DNA of 63,998 nucleotides, the filler included, from Jimgerdemannia flammicorona (lineage: Eukaryota): NCBI GenBank assembly GCA_003990765.1. It is 3 parts of 3 records of this genome, joined end to end, with 100 filler letters (N's around TTAATTAATTAA, not from the genome) between each part and the next. Parts side by side here need not be neighbours in the genome. Positions count along the whole stretch, not along the records: positions 1 to 21,349 come from RBNJ01001474.1; positions 21,450 to 42,794 come from RBNJ01001475.1; 1 more part is not named here. One strand, given 5' to 3'. Positions 13,400 through 23,683 of this stretch are shown here, in pieces. Numbering within the stretch: the stretch's first letter is position 1; each line of letters begins with the position of its first letter. Under the pieces are notes generated by a model, which saw nothing but the letters and a program-made list of their open reading frames with translations, was not told the origin of the DNA and ran no database searches. The position numbers and the translations under genes are program-made.

Positions 13400-15826
13400 T
13401 TTTGTTTGTTTTGATACACACATAATATTGTTTCATCTACCCCCATGAACTACACTAGCCAGAAGTTCAAAATGCTTAGGTATACAACTTCGAATATGAA
13501 TCAATATATAAAAGACAAGTACTCTGACAAAATCAAAAAGAACATAGAGACAAATAAAATTGACATCCAAGCTATAGTGAGTATGTTTATCTGATTGCCT
13601 GACCATTTCTGTACCAATAATGCCATTTAATCAAAAATATTTAGCCATACTCTTTGGCAGAATTTTGAAATCAGCTCATTCACTGGATTGTGTGCACAGA
13701 CCAGCTATTCACAACCATCAAGAGTGATCAATTGCATAGCATCTTTGGCCTCCTCAAGCATGATTTATATTTGCCAAGTGCTGATACTATTTACAAAGAT
13801 GTCCTGAAGGTCTATAGAAAGGAGCATGACAATCTCCACCAGATACTTCAGATAAAATAAGAGCAGTACCATGACCTTTGCAAGCTGAATTATATAAAAG
13901 AGCTCACCAATTTAACCTCACATTCAATAAGCAGAATTTGGCAGACAAAATTTCATTTATGATCAATACATAGACATCCCCCAATGCAATTTCATTTCTG
14001 GGCATTACTGATTATTGGATTGACCTCAATTGGCAACTTAAATCTCTCACCCTTGACTTTGTCAAACTTGCTGGCCCTCATTCTGGAGACAACATCGCAG
14101 ATGCTTTTATTAGTTATATCCAGGAGCTTAGGATCACCACTAAGGTAAAAAAGGGGGGCTTGCCATCAGATTGGCATTTTGAGAGAGGTCCTAAACCAAA
14201 CTAGATTTTATTAGTTATTTATTTTCACATAAATTCGCTGACCGAATATTTCAAGTATAGATTTTGGCCATTATGACAGATAATACCACAAATAACTCAA
14301 CATTTTTCAAAGTTTTAGCAGCCAGCCTCAAACAGAAAAACATGGCCTTCAGTACAGAAAGCTACTGTGTATGATGCCAGGCCCACATACTGAACCTCAC
14401 TGTTCAGGACTATCTTACACACATAGACAAAACATCCAAGAGAGGAGGGGCTCTGAGTATAATTTCCAAGCTGTGCAACCTAGTTGTGTTAGTCTGATCA
14501 TCCCCACAATGATGAGACAAATTCGCTATGTAGTGTAGGGCAATCAGTTTAGCCCTGAAAGAGCTTATATTGGACATCTGTATGCATTGGAACTCAACAT
14601 TTGCAATGATCTAGCATGTGCTGGAGTTTGCTGTGGCATGCATCCTTTTTTTCTTTAGTCGGCTGAAGCAACTTGTTTCAGATAATTGAAGATTTATTTT
14701 TAAAAAAAAAAAAAAACTAAAAAAGCCAATAGATTCAATAGTGGCTGCCAACAAGAAAATATAGGCCAAGGCTCTAGGTGAAAACAAGTGAGATGTACTT
14801 AGGAATATTGTCAGAGTTTTGGAAATAAGTGGTGATTGCTCTGGCTCCACACTCATTTTGTCAGCCTCCACACTTATTTTGTCTACCTCCATACAATGCA
14901 ATATCTCACCACATATAACTGCCAGTGTTTCAACAATTGTATGAAGGATATAGTCAAACAAATGACCCCAACAATAAGCTCAGCAATACCAGTATACAAC
15001 CTTCTGATTGACCAGCTAGAGGACAAGCTTGAGGATAGACTGGAGGGTTGTGGTGATTTATGGTTGAGCCTGGATCAGAGAGATGCCATGGAGGTTGCTC
15101 TTAGCAAGCTCAGAAAGTACTACTCTCAAACAGATACCACCATATACTCAATTAGTACAGGTATATCAATGTCAGTGTATGGCTGTTACTCCTTCCAAAA
15201 CAGAGAAACCCTCACAAAAACTCACTCTCTCCTCTTCTTTGAACAGTGCTGGACCCATGCTTAAAGCTATAATACCATAAAGATCAGGGCTGAGAGCAGT
15301 ACTTCATTGAGAGAACCAAGCAGACCATAATCGAAGTATACTAGAAAAACTACATGCCACTACAAGGTTCTGGCTGAAGTCTGGATGAATATGCTGAGAG
15401 ATCCCTCCCATCCCACATTTACTTCAGCAGAAAGAGGAAGAGAGAGCCATCAGTGGAAGAGCTGCCATCAATAGATGAACTTACTATTTACCTCACCAGC
15501 GACCATGTGATCTTACTAGAGGGTGCAGAGATGCTCAACTGGTGGAAGGTGGGTTGTCAGGTGAGTATTGGGCCAATTTAACCCACCAATCTAACCACCA
15601 CTCTATCCACCACTCTATCTACTGGGGTGTGCAGCTGTGTCAAATGGACTTCTTCAGCCTATATAACATGGCTTGGGACTATCTGGCAATTCCTGCCTCC
15701 AGTGCTCCCATCGAGTGGGTGTTCTCAGTTAGGGTAGACCTTGTTGCCCCAAAGAGATATACACTGAATACTGAGACAATCTGGGTCTGTATATGTCTGA
15801 AGTCTTGGTGGAGCTCAGGCTGCTAA
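13400..15826 (+). pseudogene. Intron-containing hAT transposase
   Basis: Decayed BED-finger tail TTSNMN, then WIV.TDQ.F, ISF..N.*TSPN..SFLGIT.YWID, GPHSGDNIA, TDN..NN, C.AHILNL, HWNST, and hATC DYLAIPASSAPIE.VFS. GT-AG introns lie between the blocks. The start is approximate. Confidence 0.9.
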
Positions 15827-15939
15827 AATTTGGTGAGTCCTGGGGGTTTGCAGATAAGTTGGTTGGCCTTGTGGAATATTTAATACCTTTCAAAAAAAAA
15901 TAAAAAGGTAAAAAACCCTGAGGACTTGGCTTGGAGTTT

Positions 15940-16712
15940 GCAGCCCAAGTGGGTAGTGGTTAGTGGAGTTGGCGGCAGTGGTGGAGGGAGTGTGCAATAT
16001 TTGTGGCCCTCTGTCAGCAGCAAGGGATAGCCCCAAGCTGTCAGTGCCCAGGTCAGTGGATAGGTCAGCAGAGAGAGCATGCAAAATTTGTGGCCCTCCA
16101 CCGGCAGCAAGAGACAGCTCCAAGCCACAAGTGTCTCAGTCGGAAGAGTTGGCAGAGAGAGTGCACAAAACTTACGGCTCTCTGCCAGCAGTGAGGGGCA
16201 GCCCCAAGCTGTCAGCACTCAGGTTAGTGGGCAGGGTCAGTTGGTGGGGTTGGTGGGCACAGGGTCAGCAGAGAGAGTGTGCAAAATTTGTGGCCCTCCA
16301 TCGGCAGCAAGGGACAGCTCCAAGCCACAAGTGTCTGGGATGGGTGGGGTAGATAGAGGGAGCATACAAAATTTGTAGCTCTCTGCTAGCAGCAAGGGAC
16401 AGCTCCAAGTTGTCAGTGCCCAGGTCAGTAGGCAGGGTCAGTTAGTGGGATTGGTAGACATAGGGTCAACAAGGGAGCATGCAAAATTTGTGGCCCTCCA
16501 CTGGCAGCAAGGGGCAGCCCCAAACCACAAGTGTCCAGGATGGATGGGGCAGGTGGAGGGAGTGTACAAAATTTGTAGCCCTCTACTAGCAGTGTAGGGG
16601 CAGCTCCAAGCTACCAAGAAGTCTGGGGCAGAGGGTGCTTCTGGCAGTCAGAGAGTGCTTCTGGTAGTTGGAGGGTGCTTCTGGTAGTTGGAGGGCATTT
16701 CTGGCAGTCAAA
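15940..16712. repeat. GC-rich tandem repeat (~7 units of ~90-120 bp) plus a 20-bp repeat, between the two convergent hAT genes
   Basis: Recurrent GCAAAATTTGTGGCCCT..GCAGCAAGGGACAGCTCCAAGC, then GAGGGTGCTTCTGGYAGT four times. Confidence 0.88.
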
Positions 16713-16899
16713 GTTCACCACAGATTCAGGCCCCATTGCCAGTTCAGGTCCCATGGGCACTCTGGCCCTACATCATAGTGCCGCACCAGCAGCACTACAG
16801 AGCAGAGCTAAGGGGCCAGTAGGGCCCTGCATAATGGCTAAGCTAGTACTACAGAAGAGGTACCTGACCCAACCCCCTACATAAGACTGCCCAATCCAC

Positions 16900-18900
16900 A
16901 CAAAATGACTGCCTAACCCTTACAAAAGATTGCCTATCCCTCATAAAAGATTGTCTAACTCTCACAAAAACTGCTCCACCTACCAGTCCCAGGCCTTGAT
17001 GAGCCTATCATCTGTTGTGAGTACAATGACTATTGTGTCTGAGCTCTCCTTGAAGGTGATGGTGCCATAGTGGTCATGTAGTTGGAAGAGGATGGCCATG
17101 TTGACCACAAACAGGACCCTGAAACTATAGGTGAGATCATACCAGACTCCACCACTATCCTCCCAGGTTGGGCCCTTCCTTTCCAGGATATAAAACATTA
17201 CTGGGGTAATATTGTTATCTATATATATGGGTAGAGAAAGGTTGCACCTAATATATCCTAATGTGATATGAGCATATAGTTGGGTGAACTCTTGGCCCAG
17301 AATCTCATACTGCCAGGCTATACTGGTGGATACCTGTTCTTAGTCCAGCCCCAGAAGCTCTGGCTTGGAAACCTGCCAAAATAGATGACAACTGGTCAGT
17401 CTTTTTTGTGTGTGGGGGGGCAGAAACCCCCTAGGCTACAGAAACCCCCTGGGTCGCAGAAACTCTCTGGGCTGCAGCACCCCAAAAAAGTGGAGCTCCT
17501 CACCTCATATGGCACACTAAATTGTGCCAAGAATGTACATACAGCTATATCAAGATCACCACCAAGCTGGTCTGCTATATGCTCTACTAATCTACTCAAA
17601 GAACCCCAGATCATAGCCACCATCACTATATAGGCTGTGTTGTGCTTATGTGCAGTTTGCTCTTTGATGGTACTTCTAAAGTTCCAGTAGAGATACAGAA
17701 TCTTGTGCATCCCAGGATTTGTATCAAAAAGAGTATGTCAGTAAAGAGTGTAATTTATCTAGGGAGGAGTAAAAAAAAAGAGAGACAAGTGTGGGGGATT
17801 TCGGAACTTCAGAACTCACCCTTTGCCAGTGTTACAGTATACCCAATTCCTGTCCAAACTCCCCCTCTTTGCTTTTTTCACCCCCTCTTTCCTGCCACCT
17901 GATATTTGACACAATCCTTGCAAATCTCATTGATATGGTGGTGAAGCTCATTGCCATAGAGGTTCCTTATCACCATCACAACCACCTCTCCACATTTATT
18001 AATAAAGATATAGTTCTCTTCATTGTTGGTTACTCCTGCTGGCCAATGGACTCCTTGGTCAAGAACAATTAACTCTAATTCGAATATAGACCCCCAAGCC
18101 TTGATGATGATGCTGGTACTGCTTATGCTGAACATCTTCCCCTCAAATTTCTCTATTTGATCAGATGCCAGATATGGTTGAACTTGGATAACTTTGAACT
18201 CTCCTTTCCAATAGAACTGAGCCCTGATCTGAGGGACCGAGATAAGTATACAGATAGGTTGTATGTAGATAGGTTGCATGTAGATGGGTTGTATGTAGGT
18301 GAGTTATATGCAGGCAGGTGGTATGTGGGTATGGGTGTTTTTTAGGAGGAGACCACATAAAAAATGAAATTAAATAAAATATGGTAAGTGAGTGAGCTGC
18401 ATGCCAATGAGTTGCATGCTGATGAGTTACACGAGTTGTACAAGATTGCTCACAAAGGCTTGCTTCTATTCCTTTTGAGACCTCTGCCATATGATGTATT
18501 GACTCAACAGCTCAGCCACCAAAGGCATGCCCTGCAACATCCTCCAACCTTTCTTTATCTTGACCAGATATTGTGAATAAAGTTGGTAGATCTCATCATA
18601 GAGCTGTGGACCCTAAGAAGAGCATGAGGTAAATCAGATTGTGCTGGGGAAATTTAAACAAGTAAAAAGTAGCAGCAGAAAAGAGCAACCTACATCTACT
18701 ACTAGCTGCTTCAAAAAGGCTGCCACATATATAGCTATGAGGTCTGTGAATTCTGAGGTCCAAAAGGCCACCATGAGTTGTTGCCAGAATTCATCCTCAT
18801 CCCTGCCATCGCCATCACCATCACCACTGCCATCACCCCTTTGGCTCTTGATGAGCAGCTTGTATGCTGTCTATATGAGAAAAATCTAACATTGTCAGCA
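16900..18900 (-). pseudogene. Multi-exon passenger gene, putative TET/JBP-family 2OG-Fe(II) dioxygenase
   Basis: Exons read YIFINKCGEVVVMVIRNL..GGVWTGIGYT, LYWNF..AMIWGSL, and NLSLPI[Y<H]ID..GGVWYD.TY.FRV..ILFQ..DH[Y<H]GT..IVLTTDDRLIKAW. GTGAG donors and CTGAC..AG acceptors are present. Ends are approximate. Confidence 0.6.
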
Positions 18901-19957
18901 GAGAGTGCATTTCCACCTCAAATACTCCCTCTTTTAACAATTATTACAGGATGAAAAATGAGTAAACTGGACCAATATATGAATTAAGGGCTGCTGTTTT
19001 GTTTGCTTGTGATGTGGCAGGAAAGAATAAAGAAAAAGAACAAAGAAAAGAGAGAGAATAAAGGAAAGAGTGAGGTCACTAAAGTGTAGCAGGAAAAAAA
19101 AAAACAAGAGTGAAATAAACAAAAGAAAGAGTGATATCACCAAAGATTTCAATCTGGATGGATCAATTCAGATTAATCCAGATCAATCCAGATCAGATCA
19201 TGAGACCATCCAAGTTGATTTGAATCAATCATATGACGAACCTGAATTGAATCTCATCTGGATCAACTCCATTCATTCAGAGCACTAGCCTTGGGAGTAG
19301 GTGGGGTTGGTTGTCTGTTTATAACTGTGACAGGTATGATACTAGTTGGCTTTAATGGCTCCATCTTGATGTCAGTTATTTTCTCTATTGAATATTCAGC
19401 AGGGTGTCTGGTAGTCCAATATCTCTGTGCAAAGACCACTTTCTGATCAAGGATCAGTGCAGCTGGAGTGAACTAGATTGCTAGGGCAATTTCAGAGTGA
19501 ACTCCTTTGAGGAAGATTGAATCTGCTATTTGTTTCTTAAGGGTATTATCATAGCCAGCCAGGATAATCTGGTGGTAGATTTGAATATAGAATGAGTTGG
19601 GATCTTCACTAAGTCTCTGGCAGATAGTATTGAGTTGATCCTTGAGAGCTTGCTTGATCTCTTCAGTATAATATGTTGTTCTGAAGAAGGCCTTCATGTT
19701 AGCAAGTTTGGCTCACCAGCATCAGCAATAGTGACTGTATTGAATATATCTCTGATAGGTCCTCTGAGGCTGACTGGTAGAAGGGCCAATTGAGCATCCA
19801 TACCAAGGGCTCATATGGTGGCGAATTGTTCAAAGTCTTCAATGAAGGTCAGGATTGACTCTTCAGTAGTATATCTATAGAATGTGGGGGGACACATTTC
19901 CATCTTGTCTTGAATTCTTATAGGGGTAACTCTTGTAGTCAGGGTAGTTGTTGTGGG

Positions 19958-20000
19958 TAGTGCTCCTAATGAGTCAATTTAATTCGGATTGAATTCAGAT
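19958..20000 (+). mobile_element. Left end of a second, related hAT element, interrupted by Copia
   Basis: TAGTGCTCCTAATGAGTCAATT matches the TIR at 12781 and breaks B1 at the point equivalent to 42717. Confidence 0.85.
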
Positions 20001-21349
20001 TGTTGAGATTTCTAGCTAATCAACTCGGTATGTAGCTCACGTGAAGGTGGCGCAGCTCACGTGTGAGGACGTCATCAGTGGAAACGTCATCAATGCGTAA
20101 ATACGCGCTTCGCGCATATCAATAAAGATTGCTCCTTTATCCCTCAAATTCCAGTATTTCACAATAGGTTATGAGCCCCGGTTAGTGGCTAACCAAAAAC
20201 ACCTCTTTAATATATGCTACACTACTCTACGCGCAAAAGAGATGTCGAATACGCCAGGGAGTCCCTCGGCGGGTGCCGGAATGGGTACCGGAACGGGTGC
20301 CGGAACGGGTACCGGAACGGGTACCGGAACAGCCCCAGCGGCAACTACTACGACCGTCACGACGATGTCAATTCCAGCCCCAGCGGCTATTACGACAGTG
20401 CAAATGTCCAAGAGGTCCATCCCTGTCTTCGACGGGAAAGATTACGCAATCTGGGCCTATCATATGAAGAATCTCCTTATCGAATGTGGCTTGGCGGACT
20501 ACTGGAAGCCGCAAGCACAGATTACGGGATACAATATCACTAACGACGAGAGAGCCTTACGCGAGATTACGTTCACACTATCTAATGCATAACTGAAACA
20601 CGTCATCTACGCTATAACAGCAAACGAAGCCTGGGAGATCTTACGCGATCTATACCAAAAGGACTCCGCCTCGAACAGATTCCACTTGAAATAGCAACTA
20701 TTCAGCCTACGGATGAAGTCCAAGGAGATGATCCGTGAATACGCCGATCGGGTTGACGAGCTGACGAATCACATTAACGCTCTAAGTGCACTAGCGGATT
20801 ATGTCAAGGATGACGACAAGGTCCTGGCCCTTACACGTGGCCTTCCCGAGGCATATAATATCGTTGTCATCGCGATGAGGGAGAGCGGTAAGCTTTCGGA
20901 CTACAAACACATGATAACGAGCCTCCAGAATGTGGAATCTCAGGCACAGGAGAACGACGATGACGAAAGAGCACTCTACGGCTCGCGTGGACGAGGCAAA
21001 AAGCAGCGCAAGGGTCAACACGGCAAAAGCCAGCGCGACAAAAGCCAGCAAGGCCAAGACCAATCAGAGAAATTCGACGGGAGCTGCTATTATTGCAGCA
21101 AGTATGGACACCGTGTGAATGAATGCATGAAAAAGGAAAAGGACAAGGGTGGAAAGAAAGGAAAGAGTGGCAAGCAAGCGAATAGCGCAGATTCTAATGC
21201 CAATAAGGGAGGATTGTTCTTCGCCGATGTAGATTCGGACCCTTTTGGACCGGTGAAAAATGCGCAAGCCACCCCGACATCTACGAGATCTAGTTCTACA
21301 TCCACCAGCGCCAGTTCTACCTGCAAATGCGCTTGCTCGACATCTACGG
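20001..21349 (+). mobile_element. Young Ty1/Copia element: 5' LTR (20001-~20166), PBS and gag, cut by an assembly gap
   Basis: TGTTG start, ...CAATA end, then GGTTATGAGCCC (Copia-type PBS). CpG-rich. Confidence 0.88.
20242..21349 (+). pseudogene. Copia gag (UBN2-like region and CCHC knuckle)
   Basis: FDGKDYAIW..MKNLL, EAWEIL..LY, LTRGLPEAY and CYYCSKYGHRVNEC. Two stops, TAA at 20590 and TAG at 20692. Confidence 0.88.
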
Positions 21350-21449
21350 NNNNNNNNNNNNNNNNNNNNNNNNNNNNNNNNNNNNNNNNNNNNTTAATTA
21401 ATTAANNNNNNNNNNNNNNNNNNNNNNNNNNNNNNNNNNNNNNNNNNNN
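21350..21449. other. Assembly spacer N44-TTAATTAATTAA-N44
   Basis: Six-frame-stop linker inside an N run, identical at 42795. Confidence 0.97.
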
Positions 21450-23097
21450 TTTTTTAAACTCTTTCTTTTATAATAATAACTAACTGACTGATTGATATTT
21501 ATTTACTTAAATTATAAAGATATTTATATATATTAGCTAACTATAAGAATAATATAAAATAAAAAGATAAGAGTTGATAATAGAATAAAGAGAATAATAT
21601 AAGAAATATGTATAAAGTTATAGAGCTTTAGACTACTAGTAAGATTGTAAATATAGATATTATAATAATTAATCTCTCTCAAATATAAATACTATAACTA
21701 TCTAGTAATCAATCTTACTATCTAATCAGCTATCTTACTATATCTTTAGAAATAAATACTATTATCTATTTAAGTTATAGATCAGAGATAACTTATTGAA
21801 ATAAAGACTATAAAATAAAGATAATAAATATTCTATAAATATCAAATATAATATAGAGATAAGATAAATATAGATAAACTATAGAGATATATAAATAAAG
21901 AGAGAAATTAATACTAAATCAAATCTTAGACATTATCTTAGTTTGAGAGAACATTACTAGTTCTTAACTAATCTAGATATATCTTCATAGTCTCTATCAG
22001 AAATAGATATCAGAGATATAGAGATATATTTTTTTAAGTTTTTTCAAAAGAAGATAGAGTAGATAAAATGATCTATAGATAGTATTCTGATCAATTATCT
22101 TTTATAATATATTTTAAACTAAGAGAGATCTATAGATAGATAGATAACTGATAGATTCTAGATCTTGAGCTAGAAACTTCTTCTAATTCAAATTAGTAAT
22201 TATCTTTAGAAATTTCAAAATAGAAAGATTTCTCAGTAACTTTTACTGAGAGAAAAATCTCTTCTTCTAATATTAGAAGCTCAGATACTTACTAGTTAGA
22301 TTTTTATATAATATAATAGCTAGGGTAATTAATTGAGTAATATATAGCTCAAGTAGCTTCTTATAATACTTTATAATATAGTTTTTTAAAAAAAACCTCT
22401 ATAATACTTATATATAAGATAGTCTTATTGATTATCTTAAAGTAATATTTAGATATATAAGATAGTATAATAGTTTACTTTTACTATTATGATAATTATA
22501 TTCTCTAAGTTAATAATTTTTAGTATTAATAACTTAAAGATACTTATATCAGATATCTTTAGCTTGAAGAAGTGACTGTCTTAATACCTAAGTACTATCT
22601 ATTATACTTATAATTGATCTAGTCTTCTTCTGATAAACTATAATAAATCATTATATACCTATAAGTTACTGAAAATTCTGACAGAAATTCTGACAGAAAT
22701 TTCTATAGGAATTCTTATAGAGTTTCTAACTAGCAGTTATAGTTATCTAAAATAATATAAATATATATAAATATATTTAGTATATTATATTTAGTTATAA
22801 CCTTAAATATGTATAAATACTATCTATACTGAGTATATTGTAACCTCAGCTCTACTTTTCTCTCTTAAGAATAAATCAGTATTCTTATCTAAGAATCACC
22901 AGACCTAACTTATTAATGATTCTAAGTTTGATTAACTTGAGATACAAGTATAGTATTTTTTTTATATTCTATCAAAAGTAATACTTGGATAAGACTTATA
23001 CTATAGATACTTTGGAACTTAGTATTTTCTCAAAAACTCAGAACTTAGAGCTAATAGTCACTATTGACTATCTGTAATATATTAATTCTATAAATAT
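21450..23097. other. Extremely AT-rich decayed repeat tract, origin unassigned
   Basis: Near absence of CpG, TpA excess and no ORFs. Confidence 0.6.
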
Positions 23098-23569
23098 TGT
23101 GATGGTATAGCCAGATTTGGAAGAAGGAAATAGTGAACAGACACTTGATCACACCCAGTCCCAAAGTAGTATAGCCACATAGTTAGCAGTCCTCGATTCT
23201 GCCATTTGCTAAATATTTTGCAAAGTGTGAGATTGAGCTTCTCGATTTAGTATAGCATTTTGCAACTGATGAAATATTTTGCAAAGTGTTAAATGACTCA
23301 TAACTTAGCCATGTAACCCAGTAACCATCTCATAGCTAGTATGTAAACTTATATAAATAACCCAGTATCTTTGAGTGAATAAACCTCAGATTGAAATAGT
23401 TCAAAGCAAAAGAGATAGCAAAGGAACTAGTAAGCCTGCAGGCAGATACACTTCGAACTCACCCACCCTCTCCTGCAACTTCAAGAGACTCTGCGAGAGT
23501 CAGAACAGTCAAGTTTTCAAGATACAGAAATCTGATATACTTTCAAGAGTAAGTGTCCGCTATGTTACA
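23098..23569 (+). repeat. 5' LTR of C
   Basis: TGTGATGG...GTTACA, a direct repeat of 29350-29817. Confidence 0.95.
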
Positions 23570-23683
23570 ACTTGGTGCCCATTGGCTGGTAATTCAAGAT
23601 GAATCCCTCACTTTCAAGCTGAACAATGAACAACCACCACTACCCGAACAACCACATAAACTGAGCCCCAATACCCAGACAAG

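Larger units (their letters stand above)
12781..19287 (+). mobile_element. Complete hAT DNA transposon (6507 bp) inserted in B1 gag
   Basis: 8-bp TSD GCCTTGGG at 12773-12780 and 19288-19295. TIR TAGTGCTCYRAATGART. ATCCGAATC-like subterminal arrays at both ends. Confidence 0.95.
4265..19957 (-). mobile_element. Ty3/Gypsy family B copy 1 (gag-PR-dUTPase-RT-RH-IN), hosting a solo LTR-A and a hAT; 5' end interrupted by a second hAT
   Basis: Colinear with 35545-42794. PR IIDTG, dUTPase motifs, RT, RH and IN are recognisable despite many stops. Confidence 0.92.

Noticed and set aside
15940..16620. Repeat-spacer pattern resembling a CRISPR array
   Set aside because: The spacers are themselves repeated, there are no cas genes, and the context is a eukaryotic transposon.
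21394..21405. TTAATTAATTAA inside N runs, also at 42839
   Set aside because: It is an artificial six-frame-stop scaffold linker, so adjacency across these gaps is not trusted.
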